64,000 nucleotides of DNA, taken from contig CAJOMC010000002.1 in NCBI GenBank assembly GCA_905235635.1, positions 12,067-76,066 on the forward strand. Direction: 5' to 3'. The notes under the pieces are model-generated. The model ran no database searches, was not told the DNA's origin, and was given only the letters and a program-made list of their open reading frames with translations. Position numbers and translations under genes: made by a program. This document shows, piece after piece, positions 46,899 to 58,967 of this stretch (positions are counted from its first letter, which is position 1; each line of letters begins with the position of its first letter). This DNA comes from an uncultured Bacilli bacterium. GTDB lineage: Bacteria > Bacillota_I > Bacilli_A > Izemoplasmatales > UBA1188.

Positions 46899-47865
46899 AT
46901 GGCACTATCACCCACTTAACGTTATCTACTCCAAATTCGCTTGGATCATTTGGTAAGGTTATTATCTGACATCCTTGAATTTCTTTATCATAATATACAA
47001 GGTCAGTAGCCTTAATACCATAAGATAGAATCATTTCATTCTTATAGTTGATTGTAGTGTAATTTATATGGTCGTGACCATAAAATACACCAATTATACC
47101 TATTGATTTAAACACATCATAAGCACCATTATTCATATACCCTGGGCAATATGGTTCATTGTGTTCGCCTTTTCCTTCATATAATCCTTCTTTATATCCA
47201 TTATATGCATCATCAACTTCGATGATAGGAATATGAATAAGCATAATTCCAGGTGCATTATCATTTTCATAGTTATCAATGTTCTTTAAGTGTTCAAGTT
47301 GATTTGGATGAATAATATCATAATCATAATCTGGACCTGTGTAGTGATAACTATTTGAATCAACAACGTATAGTCTATATTTAGTATTATTAGATTCATC
47401 TAGTAGATTAATATAGAAATTAGTAAATCCATCTATATCATCATCCTCGTAATCTACATAAACTATGTTCTTACATTTCATTAGTTGTCTATTAATATAG
47501 CCATGATCATAATATCCTTGATTATCATGATTTCCAAACGTATATGTCCATGGAATATTTAGTGAATCAAAGAATTTAAGTAGTGACTTAACCATAGTTT
47601 TATTGCCAAATAGGAACGAGTCTCCTGTGATTACTATTAAATCTACATCCCCTGCCTCTTTTAATACTTTATTTAAGTAGTTAAATTCATAATCAATATC
47701 AACGTTTAAGCCAAAATGAATATCCGTAAACTGTAGTATTTTATAATCCTCGTGGTACTTGAGCTCTTTCTTATAAGCCTCAACTGGATAAGTTTTCGTA
47801 CCACAAGAAGTTAATACTAAAGATAGGAATATTACTTGAAGTATAATTAGTATTTTATTCCTCAT
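46888..47865 (-). CDS. Lipoprotein metallophosphoesterase (calcineurin-like)
   Basis: Lipobox LVLTSC. Motifs DIHFG, GDSF, GNHD and GHDH. Confidence 0.75.
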   Translation of the reverse strand: MRNKILIILQVIFLSLVLTSCGTKTYPVEAYKKELKYHEDYKILQFTDIHFGLNVDIDYEFNYLNKVLKEAGDVDLIVITGDSFLFGNKTMVKSLLKFFDSLNIPWTYTFGNHDNQGYYDHGYINRQLMKCKNIVYVDYEDDDIDGFTNFYINLLDESNNTKYRLYVVDSNSYHYTGPDYDYDIIHPNQLEHLKNIDNYENDNAPGIMLIHIPIIEVDDAYNGYKEGLYEGKGEHNEPYCPGYMNNGAYDVFKSIGIIGVFYGHDHINYTTINYKNEMILSYGIKATDLVYYDKEIQGCQIITLPNDPSEFGVDNVKWVIVPYES

Positions 47866-47914
47866 TAGTTTCTCCTTATATTTTTATATATTAGATAAAA
47901 CATTTAAGACAATC

Positions 47915-50618
<2,704 letters not shown>

Positions 50619-50620
50619 AA

Positions 50621-52132
50621 TTATTGTTTAAATATTTGTTTATAGTCGTTAATTAATTTAATTAGTAGTTCTTCATTTTTGATAACTTTATCTGTCTTGA
50701 TACTTTCAAGAAGTTTAATTCCTTCTTTATCTTTTGAGATATAGTTATGGATACCTTTTTCAAATCTTAAGACATCTTTTACATCTATATCGTCTAGGTG
50801 ACCTTTGGTGAGGATATATAAAGATATAACCTCTTTTTCTACATCTAGTGTTTCATGAGCACCTTGGATTAATAGTTGGATAGATTTTTTACCACGTTCA
50901 AGACGACGGGTAGTCATCTCATCTAAATCCGCCCCAAACTGAGTGAAGGCCTCAAGTTCTTGGTAGGAAGCAAGGTCAAGCCTTAGTGTACCACACAAGC
51001 TTTTTACTGCCTTAATTTGAGCCGCACCACCTACACGTGATACAGATATACCAGGGCTCATCGCAGGTCTTATACCTGAGTGGAATGAGTTAGTATCAAG
51101 ATAGATTTGTCCATCTGTGATTGAAATAACATTTGTAGGGATATAGGCACTAAAGTCACCTGCTTGTGTTTCAATGATTGGAAGAGCAGTTAGGGAACCT
51201 GAGCCTAGTTCTTTAGATAATTTTGCGGCACGCTCAAGTAATCTTGAGTGAAGATAGAAGATATCGCCAGGATATGCTTCTCTTCCTGGAGGACGACGGA
51301 GTAATAATGATATTTCACGATAAGCTACCGCATGTTTAGATAAGTCATCGTATATTACAAGTGCATCTTTTCCGTTAAACATATATTCTTCACCTATTGC
51401 GCATCCTGCGTATGGCGCAATATACTGAAGTGGCGCAGGATCTGATGCGTTAGCGCATACAACTGTCGTATATTCCATCGCATCATATTTTTTAAGTGTA
51501 TCTATTACTGATGCGACAGTTGATTCTTTTTGACCTATCGCAACATAGATACAGTTAACGCCTTTACCTTTTTGGTTGATGATTGTATCTATCGCAATAG
51601 TAGTTTTACCAGTTTGTCTATCACCAATGATTAACTCTCTTTGGCCACGTCCAATAGGGGTTAGGGCATCAATTATTTTAAGACCTGTCTCTAAAGGTGT
51701 ATTTACTGATTCTCTTTCAATAACACCCGTAGCTCTTATATCAATTGGCCTAGTTTTATTAGTTGAGATAGGTCCAAGTGAATCAAGTGGTTTACCTAGT
51801 GGATCTACTACTCTCCCCTTTAAAGCGTCTCCTACTGGCACCTCGATGATTCTTCTTGTGGATACAACCTTATCTCCTTCTTTTACTAGTGATGAATCAC
51901 CAAGCAAAATAGCGCCTACTAAATCTTTTTCAAGATTAAGGGCGAGTCCATATATTCCACTTGAGAATTCAAGAAGTTCATTAGCCATAGCGCCTTTAAG
52001 TCCGTGAATAAGCGCAATTGAATCACCACATGAAACAACTATACCTATCTCATCTTCATTAACTTTTACACTATATGATTTTATCTGAGCTTTTATTAAG
52101 GATGTGATTTCTGATGTATTAATTTTATCCAT
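50621..52132 (-). CDS. atpA: F1 ATP synthase alpha subunit
   Basis: [15 protein letters not shown] Walker A. 503 aa. Confidence 0.97.
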   Translation of the reverse strand: MDKINTSEITSLIKAQIKSYSVKVNEDEIGIVVSCGDSIALIHGLKGAMANELLEFSSGIYGLALNLEKDLVGAILLGDSSLVKEGDKVVSTRRIIEVPVGDALKGRVVDPLGKPLDSLGPISTNKTRPIDIRATGVIERESVNTPLETGLKIIDALTPIGRGQRELIIGDRQTGKTTIAIDTIINQKGKGVNCIYVAIGQKESTVASVIDTLKKYDAMEYTTVVCANASDPAPLQYIAPYAGCAIGEEYMFNGKDALVIYDDLSKHAVAYREISLLLRRPPGREAYPGDIFYLHSRLLERAAKLSKELGSGSLTALPIIETQAGDFSAYIPTNVISITDGQIYLDTNSFHSGIRPAMSPGISVSRVGGAAQIKAVKSLCGTLRLDLASYQELEAFTQFGADLDEMTTRRLERGKKSIQLLIQGAHETLDVEKEVISLYILTKGHLDDIDVKDVLRFEKGIHNYISKDKEGIKLLESIKTDKVIKNEELLIKLINDYKQIFKQ

Positions 52133-52135
52133 AAA

Positions 52136-52654
52136 CTACCCCTTTAATTCCTTCTTTAGTTTTTCTAGCCTTGTGTTTACTGATAAATCTAAGACTTTAG
52201 ATTCATATTCAATACGAATACCTGCCTTAATAGATTCATCTATCTTATTAACTAAGACTAGTTCTTTATTAAATTTCTTTTCTAGTTCTTCTTTGAGCTT
52301 TGATAGGTATGAATCATCTAATCTTTCTTTTGAGTAAACTAAAACATTCATCTTGTTTAAATAATCTAAAAGAAGAGACTCATAGTCATCTTTAATATCT
52401 TTCAAATCTAATATTCTTGAATTGTCTATTAGTACATAGAGAAAATCTCTATATAACCCTTTAGAGAAAGATTTTCCTATCACTTTTTTCTTGTCGTCTT
52501 TAGGGATAGTAGGTGATGATAAAAATTCACTTATTTCATCATCACTAAAAATATCTAAAGACGACTTTAGTAATTCAAAAATATCTTTCTTGTCTAGAGT
52601 TTTTTCACTAAGTTCAAATAGAGCTTTAGCGTACTCAAAAGAAAGATTACTCAT
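52136..52654 (-). CDS. atpH: F1 ATP synthase delta (OSCP) subunit
   Basis: 172 aa, positioned between atpF and atpA. N-terminus YAKALFELS. Confidence 0.8.
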   Translation of the reverse strand: MSNLSFEYAKALFELSEKTLDKKDIFELLKSSLDIFSDDEISEFLSSPTIPKDDKKKVIGKSFSKGLYRDFLYVLIDNSRILDLKDIKDDYESLLLDYLNKMNVLVYSKERLDDSYLSKLKEELEKKFNKELVLVNKIDESIKAGIRIEYESKVLDLSVNTRLEKLKKELKG

Positions 52655-53180
52655 CTTTATTACCTATCTCGCTTAAAAGTTTCTCATTGTATTTATCGCT
52701 ATCTATTTCCTTATCTATAATAGATCCCGCAATACTAGATGCGATATCAATGATTTCGCTTCTCGCTTCTTCAATCTTTTGACTCTTAATAATTTCCCCT
52801 TCTTTTCTAGCTTCAGTAATTATACTTGAAGCCTTCTTTTCTGCGTCTTTAATAATTGATTCTTTGATTAAAGATGCATCTTTTTCTGCTTCACTTAAGA
52901 TGGCTCTTGCCTCTTCTTTAGAAGTAGATAAAGTACTAAGTGCTTCTTCTTTAACACGTAAAGCTTCTTCTTTGATTTCATCAGTTTTTCTATATTCTTC
53001 TTCAATCTTTTCTTTCTTCTTGTTTAAGAAAGATGAAACCTTATCATAGAAAACATATCTGATTAGGATAATTAAAAGAATCGTTGCGACCACATTGATA
53101 AGAAGTTCCCAAATATTGATATGAAAAGAATCTTTTAAGATATCTGAGAGCTTCTCACCTATGCCTAGTATATAAGGCAT
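52647..53180 (-). CDS. atpF: Fo ATP synthase b subunit
   Basis: Single N-terminal TM followed by a long charged helix. Operon position supports the call. Confidence 0.8.
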   Translation of the reverse strand: MPYILGIGEKLSDILKDSFHINIWELLINVVATILLIILIRYVFYDKVSSFLNKKKEKIEEEYRKTDEIKEEALRVKEEALSTLSTSKEEARAILSEAEKDASLIKESIIKDAEKKASSIITEARKEGEIIKSQKIEEARSEIIDIASSIAGSIIDKEIDSDKYNEKLLSEIGNKDE

Positions 53181-53198
53181 AATAATCTATCCCTCTTT

Positions 53199-53489
53199 TT
53201 ACATAAATTGAGAAAGGATTAAAATTGCGGTAATGAATGCGTAAAGACCAGTAGTTTCTGCGACTGCGGCACCAACGATCATAGCGGTTGTGATACGGCC
53301 AGCCATTTCTGGTTGTCTTGCGATTGATTCACAAGCTTTAGCCGCAACCATTGATTGACCAATACCTTGTGATACACCAGTTAATACTGCGATAGCGGCG
53401 CCAATATAGGCCATAGCTTGAGAGAAATATTGGTTGTATTCTACAACCTGTTCCATCTCTGAGAGTAATACACTAAATAGAGATTGCAT
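53199..53489 (-). CDS. atpE: Fo ATP synthase c subunit (Na+-binding signature)
   Basis: GIGQSM...ARQPE...AVAETTGLY. The start is moved to ATG 53489, 8 nt after GGAGG; the track start is TTG. Confidence 0.9.
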   Translation of the reverse strand: MQSLFSVLLSEMEQVVEYNQYFSQAMAYIGAAIAVLTGVSQGIGQSMVAAKACESIARQPEMAGRITTAMIVGAAVAETTGLYAFITAILILSQFM

Positions 53490-53517
53490 TATATATACCT
53501 CCAAAAAAATAATTAAA

Positions 53518-54222
53518 TTATTCTATATTAATCTTTATGTTCATAGTGGTAAGCATAAAGAAAACATATACTTGAATTAAGCCAAAGGCAAAATCAAAAA
53601 TAGGATGGAAAATAATAGTTACTGCGACTGTACCTACTATTAACTCTAAAGCGTGTCCTAACGCTTCAAGGGCACCAAATAGGACACCTGAGAGTAATAC
53701 ACCTGAGAAAATATTACCAAATAAACGCATACCCATAGAGAATGGGGTAGTAAACTCACCAATTAGGTTAATTGGGAAGATAATTGGCGCAACAAATGGT
53801 ACAGGCCCAAGCATTCCTTTAAGTTTATTCTTAAGCCCATTAAACCTAAATGATGTGAACTCAAATATTAAGAAAGCAATAACGCACATAGATAGAGCTA
53901 TTGCGAGATTTGAGGTAGGTGGTGTAATACCTATCATTGAGGTAATATTTGCGAAGAATAAATATGAAACGAGACCTAAAAAGAATGGTGAATAAGTTTT
54001 TCTTTTTGTCTTGCCCAAGTTTGCGTCAACGTTATTATCCACAAAACCAACGAGCAAAACTGAAAGCATCATTAATCCCTTTAGTGGTACTTCATCTTTT
54101 ATAGGATCAAGTTTAGAAAACTTAACACCAAGTACAATGAAAAAGATAGCTAACATAATGATGATCGCTATAGACACATAAAAGCTTAATCCAAAATTAA
54201 AAGATGTATCAAAACTAATCAT
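53518..54222 (-). CDS. atpB: Fo ATP synthase a subunit
   Basis: 234 aa, polytopic. MGMRLFGNIFSG contains the conserved Arg. Confidence 0.9.
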   Translation of the reverse strand: MISFDTSFNFGLSFYVSIAIIIMLAIFFIVLGVKFSKLDPIKDEVPLKGLMMLSVLLVGFVDNNVDANLGKTKRKTYSPFFLGLVSYLFFANITSMIGITPPTSNLAIALSMCVIAFLIFEFTSFRFNGLKNKLKGMLGPVPFVAPIIFPINLIGEFTTPFSMGMRLFGNIFSGVLLSGVLFGALEALGHALELIVGTVAVTIIFHPIFDFAFGLIQVYVFFMLTTMNIKINIE

Positions 54223-54604
54223 TTTGGCTCCTTCTTCCGCTAAAGATAGATATGATTGTTAAGGCAATTGAATATTCACATAATCCAAATACTAAATAGA
54301 TTGGATGGAAATCGCTTAATGTGGTAGAAAGTAAAACAAAAGCGATTATTATTGAATATCTTAAAAGGAATGAGATAATAGAAAAACTTTTTAATTTCTT
54401 ATAGTCTCTTTGACCTATATTTAAAGTTGCACGAGAATTCCAGAGATTTAAGATTAAAGATAATACTTCACCTACTATTAATGATTTAACCTCACCATTA
54501 CTATTTCCAGTTACAAAGAAAAGAACCACAGACAATACAATTGTAAATGGTATAGTTACTATTAATGATTGATCAAATAGGTTTAAGCTATCTTTATTTT
54601 CCAT
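54215..54604 (-). CDS. atpI: ATP synthase protein I (AtpI-like)
   Basis: 129-aa 4-TM protein immediately upstream of atpB. Confidence 0.55.
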   Translation of the reverse strand: MENKDSLNLFDQSLIVTIPFTIVLSVVLFFVTGNSNGEVKSLIVGEVLSLILNLWNSRATLNIGQRDYKKLKSFSIISFLLRYSIIIAFVLLSTTLSDFHPIYLVFGLCEYSIALTIISIFSGRRSQND

Positions 54605-54613
54605 ATCTTTTTT

Positions 54614-54886
54614 CTATTTCCTATTATTTAACCTTACATAGAGATTTCTTATTGGCACAAAGCCAAAAAGAAAAATAAACAAAATTAAAAATAAACATTT
54701 AGTATTGGCTTTATAGTCTAGATATAGTCCAAGTACTATCGCAGAGCCAATAAATAAAATAACTTCAATTACAAATTGAGTAAAGATAAAATAACTTTTA
54801 TAGAAAATAGAAGTTGACTCTTCTTTTTCTTTTTTGTTTTTATCTTTATTATTTGGTTCCAAAGAGTCTGTCACCGCAGTCTCCAA
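54614..54886 (-). CDS. AtpZ-like small membrane protein (start uncertain)
   Basis: About 90 aa with a charged N-terminus and 2 TM, upstream of atpI. The track start is TTG and overlaps the upp end. GTG and TTG alternatives lie downstream. Confidence 0.35.
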   Translation of the reverse strand: METAVTDSLEPNNKDKNKKEKEESTSIFYKSYFIFTQFVIEVILFIGSAIVLGLYLDYKANTKCLFLILFIFLFGFVPIRNLYVRLNNRK

Positions 54887-55469
54887 GACCAGGTAGTATA
54901 TATCCTATATCAGATAATTCTCTATCTACTGCAACAAGATATATTTCTACATCAGGATGTCTTTCCTCTACAGCTTTAATACCTTGAGGACATCCTACTA
55001 GTCCAACATATATAATCTTTTTAACACCTTTTTCTTTAAGTAGATCTATACCTTTATTACAAGAATTACCTGTCGCAAGCATTGGGTCTACAAGAAGAAC
55101 AGTTGTGTTATCATCCACTTCTGGAAGTTTAAAATAATATTCTACAGGTTTAAGGGTATTTTCATTACGATACATACCGATATGTCCTACTTTTGCAAAT
55201 GGAATGATTCTTCTTATACCATCTACCATACCAAGTCCAGCACGTAAGATTGGGACAATAATTATATTTGTATCAAGAGTTCTACACTTAACCTTTTCAA
55301 AAGGAGTCTCAACTTCTATTTCTTTTGTCTTTAAATTTTCAGTGATTTCATAGGTAACGAGCATCGCTATTTCGTCAACAATAGCGCTAAATGCCCTAGT
55401 GTTTGTCGACTTATCTCTTATGATAGCCATTTTTGAATCAAGTAGTGGATGCTTTAAAATGTGTAGCAT
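54849..55469 (-). CDS. upp: Uracil phosphoribosyltransferase
   Basis: ILRAGLGM, VLLVDPMLATGNS and YILPGLGDCGDRLFGT. Confidence 0.93.
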   Translation of the reverse strand: MLHILKHPLLDSKMAIIRDKSTNTRAFSAIVDEIAMLVTYEITENLKTKEIEVETPFEKVKCRTLDTNIIIVPILRAGLGMVDGIRRIIPFAKVGHIGMYRNENTLKPVEYYFKLPEVDDNTTVLLVDPMLATGNSCNKGIDLLKEKGVKKIIYVGLVGCPQGIKAVEERHPDVEIYLVAVDRELSDIGYILPGLGDCGDRLFGTK

Positions 55470-55470
55470 A

Positions 55471-55911
55471 TTATTTTTCCTCCATCTTTTTTATTTGATT
55501 TACTCTTCTTAGGTGCCTTTCTTCATTTGAAAAGTTAGTACCTAAGAACGTTTTAACAATATTAAGCGCCTCATCCATAGATTGGTTTACTTGACCAAGC
55601 GCAAGACAATTTGCATCGTTGTGTAGTTTAGCATGTGATGCCATCTCTATATTTAGACATAAGGCACATCTTACACCTTTAACTTTATTTGCGACCATCG
55701 ATACACCAACTCCATTGGTACAGATAACTATCGCATTATCTACTATGCCATTTGATAGATCTTCCGCCGCAAGAGATGCGTATATTGGATAATCTACACT
55801 ATCTTTCGAAAAACAGCCTTTATCAATAAATTCATATTGATGGCTTAGTTTATTCTTAATAAATTCTTTTAATTCATATCCGCCATGATCTGATGCGATT
55901 GATACTTTCAT
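55471..55911 (-). CDS. rpiB: Ribose-5-phosphate isomerase B
   Basis: ASDHGGYELK and ICTNGVGVSMVANK. Confidence 0.9.
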   Translation of the reverse strand: MKVSIASDHGGYELKEFIKNKLSHQYEFIDKGCFSKDSVDYPIYASLAAEDLSNGIVDNAIVICTNGVGVSMVANKVKGVRCALCLNIEMASHAKLHNDANCLALGQVNQSMDEALNIVKTFLGTNFSNEERHLRRVNQIKKMEEK

Positions 55912-56244
55912 AAAAACCTCGTTATATCTATATATAATTATAAACTAATTTTTAGTTTATTAATTAAAAACCGAATAAAAAGATATATATGAAGATAAAA
56001 ACACTTTAGTATGATAGGCATATAGAAACATTTATTGTGATGATTGTTTTGACTAATTTATTGGTTTAGCTAAAAAAATATTTTATAAAAAATGCAGACA
56101 AAAAATAATAATGTAAAAAAAGTAAAATGCCTATATTTAAGGATTTACCACTAAATATTTCGTTCAGTTTTTGTCTTTCTTTTTTATAAAATATATTCGT
56201 ATTAGGTAGTAGCTGTTTTTTAAAAAATAAAAAGTGAAATAAAA

Positions 56245-56715
56245 CTATTTCACCTTTTTCTCCATTATTGTTTCAAGTGGGCTATAACCATTATCTAAGT
56301 AGAATTTCAACGCTTTTTCATTAAAGTTCCAAACATTTAACCTTACATAGTCCATTTCCTTTTCTTTCGCTAAATTATAGATATAATCCATTAGGGCCCT
56401 GCCTATTCCTTCTGATCTATGGTTTTTATCTACACACAAATCTTCAATAAAGATATATTTTCTAATCTCAAGCATCTTATTGCATTGAAACATATAAGAA
56501 ATAAAAGCGTAAGCTAAGACTTTACCATTTTCTTCATAAATGTAGATTGGAGTATATTCATTATCTATTAGTTTTTTAATTTCATCTTCATTAAACTTTG
56601 ATACACCCTCCTTAAAAATATCTGGGCGTGCCATAAAGTGGAGGTCATGAATATCTTCGAGTAATTCTTCAATTTTAGGGATATCGCTATAAATCGCTTT
56701 TCTAATCATACACAT
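56245..56715 (-). CDS. GNAT family N-acetyltransferase
   Basis: HRSEGIGRALM acetyl-CoA motif. A terminator hairpin GTGAAA..TTTCAC plus T run overlaps the stop. Confidence 0.7.
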   Translation of the reverse strand: MCMIRKAIYSDIPKIEELLEDIHDLHFMARPDIFKEGVSKFNEDEIKKLIDNEYTPIYIYEENGKVLAYAFISYMFQCNKMLEIRKYIFIEDLCVDKNHRSEGIGRALMDYIYNLAKEKEMDYVRLNVWNFNEKALKFYLDNGYSPLETIMEKKVK

Positions 56716-56760
56716 ATTTTATCATAAGAAAAAAGAAAGGGCTATTTAATTATAGCCCAA

Positions 56761-57315
56761 TTAATCGATATGGATAGATCCTTCTCTTAAGGTCTTCTTG
56801 TTTTTTAAATCATAAACAGTAGACGGAATACCGCTTAAATCCGAACCCTGAATAATATAATCAACGGTACCCACATATTTAAGTGTATCACTATATTTGG
56901 TGAGAGGTTTTTCACCGCTTTTATTAAGTGATGTCATAATGATAGGTCCAAATTTTTCCATTAATCTTAAAACTTTTGGAGATGCGGGCATTCTTAAACC
57001 AACTGTATCCGTTTTAGATATATAGTCCCTAACTTTATCTGATTTAGTGTAGATAAATGTAATGGCACCAGGCCAATATTTATCAGTGATATCTATATAT
57101 TTTTTAGAATCTGTGGTTAACTCTTCTACCTGATACATATTAGATACAAGAAGGGAAAAAAATTTTGATTCATCTCTACCTTTTATGTCCATTATTCTCT
57201 TTGCGCCTATCTCTGATGAATAAAGACAACCAATACCATATACAGTATCAGTTTCAATAATGAATACTTCATCTTTAATATCTAATTTTAGAAAATCTTT
57301 AATACTAATTTCCAT
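56761..57315 (-). CDS. tsaC: L-threonylcarbamoyladenylate synthase (YrdC/TsaC type)
   Basis: IIETDTVYGIGC, GLRMP and PSTVYDL motifs of the YrdC domain. Confidence 0.8.
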   Translation of the reverse strand: MEISIKDFLKLDIKDEVFIIETDTVYGIGCLYSSEIGAKRIMDIKGRDESKFFSLLVSNMYQVEELTTDSKKYIDITDKYWPGAITFIYTKSDKVRDYISKTDTVGLRMPASPKVLRLMEKFGPIIMTSLNKSGEKPLTKYSDTLKYVGTVDYIIQGSDLSGIPSTVYDLKNKKTLREGSIHID

Positions 57316-58129
57316 CTTCTATTCCTAAATCTAAAAACTCATTAAAGAAATGAGCAAGCCCTTCTCTCTCTGCCTCTTTATCATAAACATAGGTAGATTT
57401 TTCTTTAATACGTGGGTCAGCGTTTTTAAGTGATACGGTTATGCCTGCTTCTTCAAAAAATTCATGGTCATTTTGAGAATCTCCGCAGGCAATTACTGAT
57501 TCTTTACTATATTTAAGTATTTCTCTAACGCAATTTAGTGCAGTACCTTTGGATGAATAATTTGAATACAGCTCTACAATTTCTTTGTATGGCCCCCAAG
57601 CCCAAAGACGTGCACTGAATGATTTAAAATTACTATTTATATAATCCATAAGGATTTTACCATGTCCATCTTTCGCAAGTATAAGCGAACCGTGGACATT
57701 ATTTTTTAGTATATTATTTAAATCACCAGTATATGTTTTAGATAGAGTGTTAATATGCATTAATAATTCAAACTGATCCGCGCTAACATTAGTGAATATA
57801 TTATCAAAATATTCACAAAAGAATAAACTATAATCTTCTTTTCTTTCGTTATATAGTCTTAATACTTCATTTCTATCTAACTCGTCAGAGAAATATATCT
57901 CTTTCGTGATTGGATTAGATATTAAAGAACCATTATAGTTAATGATAGGGGTATTAAGACCTAGTGCCTTATACACAAAATAACTAGACCTAAATGGTCT
58001 ACCTGTGACTATAACTAAATCATTTCCTAATTCTTTAATTTTTTTAAAAACTTTAATAGTGTATTCTTTTAAGTTATATAAACCTTCTATTAATGTTCCA
58101 TCTAAATCAAGCGCTATTAAGTATTTCAT
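57305..58129 (-). CDS. Cof-type HAD-IIB phosphatase
   Basis: LIALDLDGTLI, VTGRP and GDSQND. Confidence 0.8.
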   Translation of the reverse strand: MKYLIALDLDGTLIEGLYNLKEYTIKVFKKIKELGNDLVIVTGRPFRSSYFVYKALGLNTPIINYNGSLISNPITKEIYFSDELDRNEVLRLYNERKEDYSLFFCEYFDNIFTNVSADQFELLMHINTLSKTYTGDLNNILKNNVHGSLILAKDGHGKILMDYINSNFKSFSARLWAWGPYKEIVELYSNYSSKGTALNCVREILKYSKESVIACGDSQNDHEFFEEAGITVSLKNADPRIKEKSTYVYDKEAEREGLAHFFNEFLDLGIEDGN

Positions 58130-58237
58130 TTAAAGCTCCTTAGGTATATTATATTATTTTATTTAAAATTAATAAAATAAAAATTGAGAATTATGGGTTT
58201 ATCTTAGGTTATAATATATATAGATTAAGGGGATTTA

Positions 58238-58963
58238 ATGGCTATTTTTTTATCGGAGATTATAAACGTAGGTTCAATAGTTGGTTTTCTGGTAGGTATA
58301 CTATCAGGTGTTTTACTTGCGGCGGCTATATTTGTGATAATAGCCTCCAGCAAAGTAAAAATAAAAGCTATTAAATCACCTACTGTAGATGCGATAGATG
58401 ATGAAACTATTAAAGAGATATCGCTTGAAAAAAGCAAGGTTTTAATATCTATTCTTGAAGAAAGTGGTTTTGATGCCAAAAAGATGAGTGATATCGTAAT
58501 GGAATTAGTCCATGAAATTGCATCATACTACTTCCCTGAGTCTAAATCACCTGAATATGAATTAACTGTGGGTGAAGTTGTGGAATTAATTGGATACGTT
58601 AAAATTAGACTAGATGAACTACTTAATAAACCATTATTTAAGTATATAAAACCAAGAACTGTCACACAAATTGTATCTATTATTAATACTGTCGCATTTT
58701 CTCCAGAAGCAAAGGCTGTAAAGGCCGGGACAGAGACATATGGTTGGGTTAAGAGTTTAACATCTTTAGTAAACCCAGTTTACTGGATTAAAAAGACCAC
58801 AATTACACCTATGATATTTATGGCACTTAAGAAACTCTGTAAGAGCATTATTTTAATTATTGGAGATGAGACAAACAAGATTTATTCTAAAAAACTCTTT
58901 AAAGATGTGAGTGAAGAAAGAATAGATATAGAAGAAATATTTAATGATGAAGGAGGTATATAG
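58238..58963 (+). CDS. Membrane-anchored protein of unknown function immediately upstream of the FtsK-like gene
   Basis: 241 aa with an N-terminal TM (VGSIVGFLVGILSGVLLAAAIFVIIA). Its stop lies 5 nt before the ftsK-like ATG, and the SD for that gene is inside its 3' end. Confidence 0.5.
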   Translation: MAIFLSEIINVGSIVGFLVGILSGVLLAAAIFVIIASSKVKIKAIKSPTVDAIDDETIKEISLEKSKVLISILEESGFDAKKMSDIVMELVHEIASYYFPESKSPEYELTVGEVVELIGYVKIRLDELLNKPLFKYIKPRTVTQIVSIINTVAFSPEAKAVKAGTETYGWVKSLTSLVNPVYWIKKTTITPMIFMALKKLCKSIILIIGDETNKIYSKKLFKDVSEERIDIEEIFNDEGGI

Positions 58964-58967
58964 GGGA

